From Synergistales bacterium (GTDB lineage: Bacteria; Synergistota; Synergistia; Synergistales; JAFGMB01): 64,000 nt of DNA. Position 1 is the stretch's first letter, and every line of letters begins with the position of its first letter. Both the position numbers and the translations under genes were made by a program. The notes under the pieces are model-generated. The model did not search any database. It was not told the origin of the DNA and saw nothing but the letters and a program-made list of their open reading frames with translations. The stretch spans positions 1,888,001 to 1,952,000 of the forward strand of contig OY762654.1 of assembly GCA_963666205.1 (NCBI GenBank). The letters are read 5' to 3'. Of the stretch, positions 9,496 through 19,528 are shown piece after piece.

Positions 9496-10734
9496 ATGAC
9501 TTCTGTGGTAGAGCGTTTTCTGAAATATGTTTCCTTTGATACCCAGTCCATTGAAAATGCGGGTGTGGTCCCGAGTTCACCAGGGCAGATGGACCTTGCC
9601 AGGGAAGTAGTCCTGGAGATGGAAAAGCTCGAAATGACGGATGTTTCAATTGATGAAAATGCCTATGTCATGGGAACCCTTCCCGGGAATATGGAAGGGG
9701 AGGATGTCCCTTCCATAGGTTTTATCGCCCATTTCGATACGGCCAGGGAGGTATCAGGATTCAATGTCCGGCCAAGGATAGTCAGGAATTACGATGGCGG
9801 AGATATCCTTCTTAACAGGGAAGAAAAGATCGTGCTGTCACCCCGTGATTTTCCGGAACTCACGGATTATAAAGGCCAGGATATCATTGTAACTGATGGT
9901 ACCACCCTTCTTGGTGCGGACGATAAAGCTGGCATGGCGATCATTATGGCGGCTGTTCAGTTTCTGAATGAACATCCGGAAATTAGTCATGGTCCCATGA
10001 AAGTCTGTTTTACTCCTGATGAGGAGATCGGTCACCAGGCAAGACTCCTGGATATCGGAAAATTCGGTGCTGATTTTGCCTATACCGTGGATGGAGGAGC
10101 ACTGGGGGATCTGAACTATATGACCTTCAATGCTGCAAAGGCTGATATCCTGATCCATGGGCGAAACGTGCACCCCGGAAAAGCAAAGGGTAAGATGATC
10201 AATTCTGTTCTTGTGGGAATGGAGTTCATGTCCATGCTTCCTCCGGATGAGATCCCTGCAATGACAGAGGACTTTGAAGGTTTTTATCATATTCTGTCCT
10301 TTAAGGGAGATGTAGAGAAAACAGAGCTGAATTACATTATCCGTGATCATGACATGAATAAATTCAAGGCAAAAAAGGTAAGAGTGGAAGAGATTTCAGC
10401 ATTCCTTAAGGCGAAATATGGAGATAATGTCATTGAGCTTAACATGGAGGATCAGTACTACAATATGTCAGAACATCTTAAGGACTCAATGCATATAGTG
10501 GAAACAGCCGAAAAAGCCATGATATCCATCGGGGTGGAACCCGGGATGGAGCCGGTTCGCGGAGGGACTGATGGCGCAAGTCTTTCTGCAAGGGGTCTCA
10601 TTACTCCCAATATCTTCACGGGGGGCCACAATTTTCATGGCCGCTTTGAGTATATTCCCATACCTTCCATGGAAAAGGGTGTCGAGCTGTTGGTGAAGAT
10701 CCTGGAGTTGTATGGAGAGAAGAAAAAGGATTAA
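9496..10734 (+). CDS. pepT: Peptidase T (tripeptide aminopeptidase)
   Basis: ERFLKYVSFDTQS, LLGADDKAG, TPDEEIG, RGGTDGA, NFHGRFEY. Confidence 0.93.
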   Translation: MTSVVERFLKYVSFDTQSIENAGVVPSSPGQMDLAREVVLEMEKLEMTDVSIDENAYVMGTLPGNMEGEDVPSIGFIAHFDTAREVSGFNVRPRIVRNYDGGDILLNREEKIVLSPRDFPELTDYKGQDIIVTDGTTLLGADDKAGMAIIMAAVQFLNEHPEISHGPMKVCFTPDEEIGHQARLLDIGKFGADFAYTVDGGALGDLNYMTFNAAKADILIHGRNVHPGKAKGKMINSVLVGMEFMSMLPPDEIPAMTEDFEGFYHILSFKGDVEKTELNYIIRDHDMNKFKAKKVRVEEISAFLKAKYGDNVIELNMEDQYYNMSEHLKDSMHIVETAEKAMISIGVEPGMEPVRGGTDGASLSARGLITPNIFTGGHNFHGRFEYIPIPSMEKGVELLVKILELYGEKKKD

Positions 10735-10799
10735 GCCATGGTACTGAATATCTGATCAGAGCTTTGTAAAATGATCTTTGAGGGATCTTTCGAACTCTA

Positions 10800-10838
10800 A
10801 TAATTAAAGGAGAGGGATTTTCCCTCTCCTTTAATTAT
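10800..10838. terminator. Bidirectional terminator between convergent genes
   Basis: ataattaaaggagaggga/tccctctcctttaattat. Confidence 0.8.
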
Positions 10839-10878
10839 CTTTTCCTGTGATATTTCTGTATATCTGTGCCGCTTATCG

Positions 10879-12096
10879 CTAAGATAAGGAGGTATAGTCC
10901 TGTATTATCCAGGAGTAAAGCAGGGAACATTTCAGCACTTCTGCAAGGTCCACATATTCATCTGCTGTATGAGCCTGTTCAAGGTTTCCAGGTCCCAGAA
11001 TTACACAGGGGATCCCGGCGAGAGGTCCGAGTTTGCTTGCATCGGAGCTGCATGTAAGAATTCCCGGTTCAGCTTTTTTCCCGGAGAGCCTTCCACATGC
11101 CTCCAGGGCAGCCCTTACTACTGGTTCATCAAGATCGGAGCAGACCGGCAGGTCGATCAGGGACGGGTCACTTCTCCTGTAAGTGAAATTATCATTATTG
11201 CTGGCAAGTCTCTCCAGCATCAGATCTGCCTCGTTCAGAATTTCCTCAGGGTCCTCTCCAGGCACGGTTCGTCTATCTATGTCTATTACACAATGATCTG
11301 GTACCACGTTGTTCTGTGTTCCTCCCCTGATGGTTCCAACATTGAGTGTTGGGGCTCCTACCAGAGGGTGGGCCCGTAGTGGAAGCTCGTTTTCAATATT
11401 CGCCAATTCTGACAGAACAAGGTTCATATTCATTATTGCGTTTATCCCCAGATTTGCAGTGGAACTATGGCAGGCTTTGCCAAAGGTTTCTATCTGCCAT
11501 CGTACCAGTCCCTTATGGCCTATACAGGGGACAAGCTTTGTAGGTTCACCCACTATCGCTGCGTCAGCCCTTATGCCTGAATCAATAAAAGCCATAGCTC
11601 CTGTAGCTCCAACCTCTTCATCAACAACTGCGCAGAGGATGGGCAGTACGGAAAGGTTTTCTGGAGATATTCCCTTAAGATTTTCAAAGGCAAGGAGAAG
11701 AGATGCAAGGGAGCCCTTGGTATCACAAGAACCTCTGCCATAAAGGCGATCTCCTTCCCACAGGGGATCCCGGTATTGTTCCTCCATTGATGAGCGGGCT
11801 ACTGTATCCAGATGGATCTCAAATAACAGCACCGGTTTCGTTGAGATGGATCCTTTTTCGAGAATATGGCCGCAACCTGGAAGTGTGGCGAGAATGTTAT
11901 TTCGCCCGGGATGGACCTCCTGTTCCTTAACCTCGAAATTCAGGTGTCTCAGAAATGAAACCACATATTCGGCCATTTCCCTTTCCCCGGGGCAATCTTC
12001 TCCGAGGAAAGAATTGGAACTGTCTATGGAGACCATCTCATAAAGGATCTGTCTGGCTCGTTCTCTATTAATGCTCGAAATATTGATTTTTTCCAG
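10879..12096 (-). CDS. ArgE/DapE-family M20 deacylase (probable CTG start at 12096)
   Basis: HLDTV, GRGSCDTKG, DEEVG, VGEPT, AHTADE; frame extends 20 codons upstream of the ORF-track ATG to a CTG placed behind AAGGAAG. Confidence 0.8.
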   Translation of the reverse strand: MEKINISSINRERARQILYEMVSIDSSNSFLGEDCPGEREMAEYVVSFLRHLNFEVKEQEVHPGRNNILATLPGCGHILEKGSISTKPVLLFEIHLDTVARSSMEEQYRDPLWEGDRLYGRGSCDTKGSLASLLLAFENLKGISPENLSVLPILCAVVDEEVGATGAMAFIDSGIRADAAIVGEPTKLVPCIGHKGLVRWQIETFGKACHSSTANLGINAIMNMNLVLSELANIENELPLRAHPLVGAPTLNVGTIRGGTQNNVVPDHCVIDIDRRTVPGEDPEEILNEADLMLERLASNNDNFTYRRSDPSLIDLPVCSDLDEPVVRAALEACGRLSGKKAEPGILTCSSDASKLGPLAGIPCVILGPGNLEQAHTADEYVDLAEVLKCSLLYSWIIQDYTSLS

Positions 12097-12179
12097 GGCT
12101 GATCACTTCCTTCATTTTTCCACAGGAACAGGATTCATGCCGGCGGATATTTCTTTTTTTCAACCATGACCACTGTGGT

Positions 12180-13157
12180 TTATTGATGGAATTTCTGAAG
12201 TATTTTCAGAAGTTTACCATCATCTACGTTTCCTCCGGAGATAACAACTCCGACTTTGCGTCCCTTAACATCAACTTTGCCTGACAGCAGTGCTGCTACA
12301 GAAGTGGCTGATCCGCCCTCGATAACCTGGTGATGGTGCTGATGGGTAAAAGCCATAGCTTCTTCCATTTCATCTTCTGAGACAGCCACTATTCCTGTCA
12401 GACGGTTTTTCAGGAATTCAAAGAGAGGCTGAGAGGCACCTCCACAGAGAGCATCTGCAATAGTTTCCTCTTCTTCTACCGGAACGACTTTCCCTTGTTT
12501 AAAGGCTTCGGGCCAGGCTGGATTAGCGGAGGCATGGATTCCCCAGACCTCGATACCTGGTTTAAGTGACTGGGCAGCCAGGCTGACGCCGGAGATGAGT
12601 CCGCCGCCGCTTATGGGGCAGAGAATGATATCCAGTTCCGGTTCATCCATGAGCATTTCGAGAGCCAGGGTTCCCTGTCCGGCTGCTATCTTCTGATCTT
12701 CAAAGGCTGAAACGTAAGTAAGTTTTTCTTCATCGCGAAGACGGAAGGATTCGATCTCTGCATCGTCATAGAAATGACCGACGACTCTCAAGTCGACATA
12801 ATCGCCACCCAGATTTCGTATGGCCTGTCTCTTCGTTTCCGGACACATACCCGGAACGCAGATAATTGCCCTCGTTTTGAGCATTTTTGCAGCCATGGCG
12901 ACTCCCTGGGCATGGTTTCCTGAAGATGCGGTTACAACCCCAAGGGCTTTTTCCTCTTCAGAAAGCGAGAACATCTTGTTTAATGCCCCCCGGATCTTGA
13001 AAGATCTGCAGATCTGTTGATTTTCCCACTTAACGTAAACCTCAGCGCCGCTTTTTTCGCTGAAAGGGAAAGAATATTCCGTAGGTGTCCTGTGAATACG
13101 TCCCTTGAGAAAACGGGCAGCTAATAAAACATCAGTAATGGTCGGTTCTATTTTCAT
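12180..13157 (-). CDS. PLP-dependent threonine/serine ammonia-lyase (catabolic type, no ACT domain)
   Basis: SFKIRGA, SSGNHAQG, GQGT, SGGGL, SGGNVD. Confidence 0.88.
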   Translation of the reverse strand: MKIEPTITDVLLAARFLKGRIHRTPTEYSFPFSEKSGAEVYVKWENQQICRSFKIRGALNKMFSLSEEEKALGVVTASSGNHAQGVAMAAKMLKTRAIICVPGMCPETKRQAIRNLGGDYVDLRVVGHFYDDAEIESFRLRDEEKLTYVSAFEDQKIAAGQGTLALEMLMDEPELDIILCPISGGGLISGVSLAAQSLKPGIEVWGIHASANPAWPEAFKQGKVVPVEEEETIADALCGGASQPLFEFLKNRLTGIVAVSEDEMEEAMAFTHQHHHQVIEGGSATSVAALLSGKVDVKGRKVGVVISGGNVDDGKLLKILQKFHQ

Positions 13158-13279
13158 GATCATAAACTCCTTTCTCATAGTTCCACGGTTTCTCTTCATC
13201 AGATTTAGAAAAGGTATCCGGGAGTATTTCAAATGCTTTCTTTGACTCTCTATTTTTTTTTAAGGTCAGGCATCTATCC

Positions 13280-14275
13280 CTACATCTGAATTACTGTTCC
13301 AAGACCTTTTTCTGTAGCCATACGAAGTGCCAGTTCAGCAGTAATGATGTCCTGAAGGGCCATACCGGTGGCATCGAAAAGGGTTATGTCTTCTTCTGAT
13401 CGACGGCCTTGACTTTCTCCGGCAAGGACCTTCCCGATTTCTGTGACACTTTCTTCTCTTATAAGACCCTGTTCAAAAGCATGATGGGATTCTCCATGGT
13501 GAAGGGTCTGGGTTTTAGAGTCAACAAAAAGCGTGGCAGATGCAACCAGGGACGGTTCAACCTCCTGTTTTAATGTCATATCTGCACCGATTGCATTAAT
13601 GTGCGTACCTGGCCTGATCCACTCTTTTTTGAGAAATCCTTCCCTTGAAGGAGTGCATGTAACTATGATATCTGAAATGGATGCAGGTTCTCCAATTTTT
13701 TCCCATGGCACGGATCTTATGGATAGATCGGGAAATCTGACAGACATTTCCTCCACGTAAATTCTGTCCATTTCCGGGTCCATGCTTGCCGCTGTTACTG
13801 ATTTAAGTTCGGGAAGTACTGTTATAAGACCTTCCAGCTGTGCCCGCCCTTGTGCTCCGGTACCAAGGATCAGAGCCTTTTTTGAATTTCTTCGGGCAAG
13901 CCATTTGGCTCCTACAGCTCCGGCTGCACCGGTCCGGAGATTGGTAATGGTCATACCGTCAACAAGCCCCAGAGGCTGTCCGGTTTCGATGCTCATGACC
14001 ATTACGAGGCCGGATAGGGCTGGAGCGTTCAGTTTCCTGGGGTTATCGGCAGCATAGCCTACGATCTTCAAACCGAAAAGGCCAGCACCTTCAAGGTATC
14101 CCGATTTGATGTCCATGTCCCTGATACCAGGTTCGAATTCGTGGAAAATAACAGGCCAGAGGCCTGCTTTATCTGATGAGTAAAGGTTGTAGGCTTTTTC
14201 TACACACTCCACAACTTCGGTCATTGGAAGAAGACCTTCCAGAGCCTTGCAGTTGAGAACTCTCATATTGTACAA
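13280..14275 (-). CDS. Ornithine cyclodeaminase / mu-crystallin / imine reductase family
   Basis: LRTGAAG, GTGAQG, HINAIGAD, FDATGMALQD; start TTG 14275 or ATG 14266 after GGAGG. Confidence 0.88.
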   Translation of the reverse strand: MYNMRVLNCKALEGLLPMTEVVECVEKAYNLYSSDKAGLWPVIFHEFEPGIRDMDIKSGYLEGAGLFGLKIVGYAADNPRKLNAPALSGLVMVMSIETGQPLGLVDGMTITNLRTGAAGAVGAKWLARRNSKKALILGTGAQGRAQLEGLITVLPELKSVTAASMDPEMDRIYVEEMSVRFPDLSIRSVPWEKIGEPASISDIIVTCTPSREGFLKKEWIRPGTHINAIGADMTLKQEVEPSLVASATLFVDSKTQTLHHGESHHAFEQGLIREESVTEIGKVLAGESQGRRSEEDITLFDATGMALQDIITAELALRMATEKGLGTVIQM

Positions 14276-14429
14276 GAACGACACCTCCCTGATCTCGATA
14301 ATGCTCTTCAATGTAGCCTTTGCTCTCCCTTCTGTCAACGATAAGGGGATTGTTAAAAGTACATATCCGATCTGTGATCAGGAAAAGCAGGCAGGAATAA
14401 TTTTGATAAAGATCTATCCTGATATATTC

Positions 14430-14853
14430 ATGAAAATAGCATGTCCGAAAACCGCCAGTCTTTTTGGACGAAATAGGATATAGTTCTCTCCATGGAGATG
14501 ATAGCCTATGAAACTTGATCAGGATGTCTGCGAAAGAGCTTAATGGATATTTTGCAGGAGAATTAAGGACCTTTGATCTCACTCTCGCTCCTGCAGGTAC
14601 CGAATTTCAGAAAAGGGTATGGAAGGCCCTGCTCCATATCCCGTATGGAGAAACTGCATCTTACAGGGATATTGCCTGTTCAATAGGGAATCCATTGGCC
14701 AGTCGTGCTGTTGGGATGGCCAATTCCCGTAATCCCATTCAAATAATAATTCCATGTCACAGGGTAATAGGTTCCAAAGGAACGCTGACAGGCTATGCCC
14801 ATGGTCTTGAAATAAAATCCCGACTCCTCGATCTCGAGAGGAGATCAGTATAA
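14430..14853 (+). pseudogene. ogt: Methylated-DNA--protein-cysteine methyltransferase with a disrupted N-terminal part
   Basis: Intact C-terminal domain at 14515-14853 (GTEFQKRVW, IPYGET, PCHRV); upstream part lies in other frames with stop codons. Confidence 0.6.
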
Positions 14854-14987
14854 CAGTTAAGAAAGCCAGGTTTTTGAAGGCTGATAAATAATAAACTTCA
14901 GTATTGTAGTATTATTAATGTCAGGAATTATTGAAATATCTACAGGTACCCATCACGTTGTTTCCATTTCTATGACTGGAGAGCAAT

Positions 14988-16793
14988 ATGATCCCTAGAA
15001 CCCGTAGTATCAAGACGAAATTCATTATTTCCATTTTCATTACTGTCCTCCTTTTTCTGGGTGTACTCCTTGCTTTGAGTTATAACACTCTCAAGGAGGG
15101 TGCCCTTAAGAATGCCCATGATCTCTCCATTGCGATCCTGACCCAGACAGATAAACGGATCAATTCGTTTTTTTCGGAAATAGAAAAACTTGCCATGACA
15201 ATGGCGGGTTACCCCCAGTTCTATGAGGTTCGCCCAGCGGAAATGAAGCCCATAATACTTTCTGCAGTCATTACCAGGAGAGATTACCTCAGGGCCATAT
15301 ACCTGGGCACTGTTACAGGGAAGATGTATGAATGGGGAATAGGAGAGGGTTTTGTAGAGAATTCCCCCATCCTTGAGCCTGACTATGACCCCAGGAAAAG
15401 GCCATGGTTCCGTGAGGCTATTGATAAAGGCGGTTTCTCAATTTCTGAGCCCTACATGTATGCAAGTGTCAAAGCCCTGGGGATTACCGCAGTTACTCCC
15501 GTTTATGACAGAAGAGCATCTCTTGTGGGTGTTCTGGGTATCGATATGATGCTCGATGATCTCAAGAGTATGATCGAGCAGCTCGAAATTCCAAAGGAGG
15601 GCAGGATAGTCCTTCTTGATAAAAGTGGCGAAGTAATAGTGAACCAGTTCAATGGAAAGATCAATAACGAAGGGGATATGGATCTGAAAAAATTCAGTCT
15701 CTTCAGCGTAGAGGATCTGGAGTTCTGTGACAATGGACGCATGGTGACACCACTGGGGTTTAAGGACAGGTACTACATTACCTGTACAGAGAACGGAATG
15801 ACGGGGTGGAAGCTTATCCTGGCCCTTCCATATTATTCAGTTATGGCTCATGCTGTAAGCAGTATAGAATTCATTATTTTCCTGGATATTCTGTTGATGC
15901 TGATGCTAATAGTCGTTCTCAGTTATCTCAGCAATGTCATGATAATAAATCCCATGGAAGGGATCATGGGAGTGATGCGCCGTCTTCGAGACGGAGAAGA
16001 TGATGCCCGTATTCCCGAAAAGAAAAAGGATGAGTTCGGAGTCCTTGCACAGCAGTTCAACCGTCTCATCGAGACGGTGAACGACTACTCCAGAAGCCTT
16101 GAAGAAAAGGTGGAGAAACGCACAAGAGCCCTCGAAGATCTGCAGAAGGAAAATATCCGCCTTAGGGTAATAGAGGAAAAGGAACGCATATACGGCTATC
16201 TTCACGATTCACTGGGAGCACGTCTGACAAATATCTTTATTTCCAACAGTGTTGCCCAGTCAGCGGTGGGAAATAACCCAAGAGTTCTCAAGGACATGCT
16301 TGACCGTATAGCGAACAATACGGAGCAGGGTATTGCAGATCTTAAAGAGATACTTCACAGTTCTGAGAGCGATAGTCGGAGATTCATCGACTTCAACAAA
16401 CTCATCCAGGTCAATATAAGAAAAAGACTGGAGCTGAAGCACATCAGTCTTTCCTATACCATGACAACTCCTTCTGAACTGAATGCACTGAGTCGGGAAA
16501 TGCGCTTTGAGCTTGAGAAGATCCTTCAGGAACTGGTGAGCAATATTCTGAAACATTCGGGAGCCTCCAAGGTTGACCTTATTCTTGAGATCCGTAATGA
16601 AAAGATATTCCTGGTAATATCAGATGATGGTCATGGCGGGGCTGAAAATGGAATGGAAAGGGGTGGATTCGGTCTGAAGAACATACAGAACAGAGTAGTC
16701 CACCTGGGTGGTACTTTCCACCTTCATTCACCCCATGACAAGGGAACCCGAATCAAGATATACATCCCGCTGTCCACAATGGGAGGCTGCTGA
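14988..16793 (+). CDS. Sensor histidine kinase (dCache + HAMP + HisKA_3 + HATPase)
   Basis: Two TM helices, YDPRKRPW, DEFGVLAQQFN HAMP, LHDSLG, NILKHS, DDGHG, GFGL. Confidence 0.92.
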   Translation: MIPRTRSIKTKFIISIFITVLLFLGVLLALSYNTLKEGALKNAHDLSIAILTQTDKRINSFFSEIEKLAMTMAGYPQFYEVRPAEMKPIILSAVITRRDYLRAIYLGTVTGKMYEWGIGEGFVENSPILEPDYDPRKRPWFREAIDKGGFSISEPYMYASVKALGITAVTPVYDRRASLVGVLGIDMMLDDLKSMIEQLEIPKEGRIVLLDKSGEVIVNQFNGKINNEGDMDLKKFSLFSVEDLEFCDNGRMVTPLGFKDRYYITCTENGMTGWKLILALPYYSVMAHAVSSIEFIIFLDILLMLMLIVVLSYLSNVMIINPMEGIMGVMRRLRDGEDDARIPEKKKDEFGVLAQQFNRLIETVNDYSRSLEEKVEKRTRALEDLQKENIRLRVIEEKERIYGYLHDSLGARLTNIFISNSVAQSAVGNNPRVLKDMLDRIANNTEQGIADLKEILHSSESDSRRFIDFNKLIQVNIRKRLELKHISLSYTMTTPSELNALSREMRFELEKILQELVSNILKHSGASKVDLILEIRNEKIFLVISDDGHGGAENGMERGGFGLKNIQNRVVHLGGTFHLHSPHDKGTRIKIYIPLSTMGGC

Positions 16794-17431
16794 TGATCAG
16801 GGTAATGATCTGCGAAGATGTTGAGGATGTAAGGGAAGGTCTGAAGTACCTTCTTAACATGGATCCAGAGATTGAGGTCGTGGATGCTGTTCCCACAGCT
16901 GAAAAACTTTTTCTGACAGTGGAAGAGCACGGTGTACCGAATATAATCCTTATGGACATCGTGTTGCCAGGAATGGACGGGATCGAGGCCACAAAAAAAC
17001 TTAAGGCCCTGTATCCTGATATAGATATCCTTATTCTGACCATTTTTGAAGAGGAAGAAAAGATCCTGAGTGCCATACAGGCTGGCGCCACCGGATATAT
17101 CCTTAAAAACACGAGACCGGGGGAGCTGACCGCCCAGATAAAGGCCCTGCATAGTGGTGGTTCTCCCATAAGCCCTAATGTGGCGAGGGTTCTGCTTCAC
17201 GAGTTTCAAAGGGAAAAAAGACATAACGGAAGAGATGAATATAATCTTACTCCTCGGGAAAAGGAAATCATGCAGGGAATTATCAAGGGTTATACCTACA
17301 GGGAAATCGCAGAAGAATATAACATAGCGAGTTCAACTGTAAAAAAACATATTCTCCATATATACAAGAAACTTAATGTGACTTCCAAGGTAGAGTTCAT
17401 TAAAAAAGTTATGGACTGGGACCTCCATTAA
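16793..17431 (+). CDS. NarL/LuxR-family response regulator
   Basis: REC domain (ED..MDI..LT..GYILK) plus LTPREKE helix-turn-helix. Confidence 0.93.
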   Translation: MIRVMICEDVEDVREGLKYLLNMDPEIEVVDAVPTAEKLFLTVEEHGVPNIILMDIVLPGMDGIEATKKLKALYPDIDILILTIFEEEEKILSAIQAGATGYILKNTRPGELTAQIKALHSGGSPISPNVARVLLHEFQREKRHNGRDEYNLTPREKEIMQGIIKGYTYREIAEEYNIASSTVKKHILHIYKKLNVTSKVEFIKKVMDWDLH

Positions 17432-17585
17432 ACCTTTTTATACACCAAATGGTCTACCCTTTTGCCTTTAGAATTTTTCAAGAGTCTTAAAATACCTCCT
17501 TTGGTTAATTTACCTTACCTCTCCTTTTGATCTAAACTGAAAATTGAGGTGTAATATCCTTTTTCCTATTAGGGGGGGTTATTTT

Positions 17586-18875
17586 ATGAATGCAAAGGGG
17601 GGGAACGGAGGAGCCTTTGATTGGTATTTTAAATCCAATCTTCTCATGAGGATCCTCATCGGGCTTGTCCTGGGTGCGGTCGCCGGTCTGGCAGCAGGGG
17701 ATGCCATTCTTTGGGTCGCACCCTTCGGCAGCCTGTTCGTAAGGCTTCTGAAGATGATAGTGATGCCCGTTATACTTACTACCCTTGTGGTGGGAGCAGC
17801 GAGCATCAGCCCGGCAGAGCTGGGAAAGGTGGGAGTTAAGATAGTGATATTCTATCTTCTCACATCTGCTTTTGCGGTAGCCATAGGCCTTCTTATGGGC
17901 AATGTTTTCAAACCGGGTCTTGGGCTTGAGCTAGGTGCACTTGGTGAAGCCGCAGGAAGGGCCCTGCAGAAACCATCTCTTACTGATACTCTCCTTAATA
18001 TCATTCCGACGAATCCTTTTGATGCTCTTTCTGGGGGGAAAGTGCTTCCGATAATATTCTTCGCGGTGATATTCGGTATAGGGATAAGCTACCTGAAGAT
18101 AAGCAAGGATCAGCGTATCAGGAATGCCGGAGAAACTCTGTTAAACGTCTTTGACGGTGCAGCTGAGGTTATGTATCTCATCGTCCGCTGGGTTCTCCAG
18201 TATGCTCCTATAGGGGTCTTTGCTCTTATCGCAGTTGTATTTGCAAAGCAGGGTACGAAAGTAGTAGGACCCCTGGGAACGGTTACCCTGGCATGTTTCC
18301 TGGGTTATTTCCTTCATGTGATAATTGTTTATGGAGGGCTTCTTTCCATGAACAAACTGAATTTCATTACCTTCCTGAAGGGTGCGAAGGAAGCCATGAT
18401 AACAGCCTTTGTGACCAGAAGCAGCAGCGGAACTCTTCCGGTAACAATGAGATGTGCTGACGAAAATCTGGGTGTACCCAGAAATGTTTATTCCTTCACC
18501 CTTCCCCTGGGAGCCACGATCAATATGGATGGAACTGCCATTTACCAGGGAGTCTGTGCCCTCTTCATAGGTTTTGCCGTGGGACTTCCCCTGGACCTTA
18601 CCCAGCAGTTAACTGTAATACTGACTGCTGTTCTTGCTTCAATCGGGACAGCAGGAGTGCCGGGTGCAGGTGCGATAATGCTACTTCTGGTACTAAATAC
18701 GGTAGGCCTTCCAATAGAAGAGGGATCAGCTGTAGCTGCAGCATACGCAATGATCCTTGGAATAGATGCCATCCTGGACATGGGAAGGACATGTATTAAT
18801 GTAACGGGAGATATGGCCGGAACAGTTATAGTAGCTAAGAGCGAAAAACTGCTGGATCTTGCCAAGTGGAAATAA
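17586..18875 (+). CDS. Dicarboxylate/amino acid:cation symporter (GltP/GltPh family)
   Basis: [29 protein letters not shown] motifs. Confidence 0.92.
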   Translation: MNAKGGNGGAFDWYFKSNLLMRILIGLVLGAVAGLAAGDAILWVAPFGSLFVRLLKMIVMPVILTTLVVGAASISPAELGKVGVKIVIFYLLTSAFAVAIGLLMGNVFKPGLGLELGALGEAAGRALQKPSLTDTLLNIIPTNPFDALSGGKVLPIIFFAVIFGIGISYLKISKDQRIRNAGETLLNVFDGAAEVMYLIVRWVLQYAPIGVFALIAVVFAKQGTKVVGPLGTVTLACFLGYFLHVIIVYGGLLSMNKLNFITFLKGAKEAMITAFVTRSSSGTLPVTMRCADENLGVPRNVYSFTLPLGATINMDGTAIYQGVCALFIGFAVGLPLDLTQQLTVILTAVLASIGTAGVPGAGAIMLLLVLNTVGLPIEEGSAVAAAYAMILGIDAILDMGRTCINVTGDMAGTVIVAKSEKLLDLAKWK

Positions 18876-18923
18876 CCGCTATCTTCAAACCGGGAATCGT
18901 ATAATTTAATTGCAATACATCGC

Positions 18924-18975
18924 AACCCGACCCTGGATAGGGCATTAAGTCCATCCGGGGCCGGGTTTATTTTTT
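18924..18975 (+). terminator. Intrinsic terminator
   Basis: aacccgaccctggat/atccggggccgggtt followed by a U-rich tail. Confidence 0.65.
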
Positions 18976-19040
18976 CAAAAAACGGTAAAGGGAATTAAGG
19001 GTAATTAATATAAATTTGTATAAAAATTTCTAAAATATTC

Positions 19041-19069
19041 TTGACAAATTTGAGATAGTGCTATATACT
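19041..19069 (+). promoter_or_regulatory. Sigma70-type promoter of the first csp gene
   Basis: TTGACA-17 bp-TATACT with AT-rich upstream sequence. Confidence 0.85.
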
Positions 19070-19122
19070 TTCCCAGTTGCCGATGTAGGGCAACAGAAAA
19101 AACTTTTAGGAGGCAACACATT

Positions 19123-19323
19123 TTGACAAACGGAACAGTTAAGTGGTTCAATGGCACAAAGGGTTATGGTTTCATCACCGGAGAAGATGAGAAAGATTAT
19201 TTCGTGCATTTCAGCGTGATCAATGTCGACGGTTTCAAGACTCTTGATGAGGGTCAGGCAGTAACCTTCGATATCGAGAACGGTCAGAAGGGACCCCAGG
19301 CTAGTAACGTAACGCCTGTGTAA
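19123..19323 (+). CDS. Cold-shock protein (CspA family)
   Basis: GTVKWFN, KGYGFI (RNP1), YFVHFS (RNP2); AGGAGG RBS, TTG start. Confidence 0.95.
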   Translation: MTNGTVKWFNGTKGYGFITGEDEKDYFVHFSVINVDGFKTLDEGQAVTFDIENGQKGPQASNVTPV

Positions 19324-19387
19324 GCAGCTTCCTTTCTGCTGAAATATATAGATTTTATAAATCTCACTGTTTCACAGAACTGAAGTC

Positions 19388-19422
19388 AAAAGTGACGGCC
19401 TTTCAAGGCCGTCACTTTTTTT
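19388..19422 (+). terminator. Intrinsic terminator
   Basis: aaagtgacggcctt/aaggccgtcacttt plus U-tract. Confidence 0.88.
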
Positions 19423-19528
19423 GTTCAGTTAAAAGTAGAAAAAGCAGGAAATTACTATGCCTTTACGAGGAAAATAGCCAAAATTAGACCTAAAATGAAA
19501 TAATTACCTAAAAACTTTAAAAAAAGAG

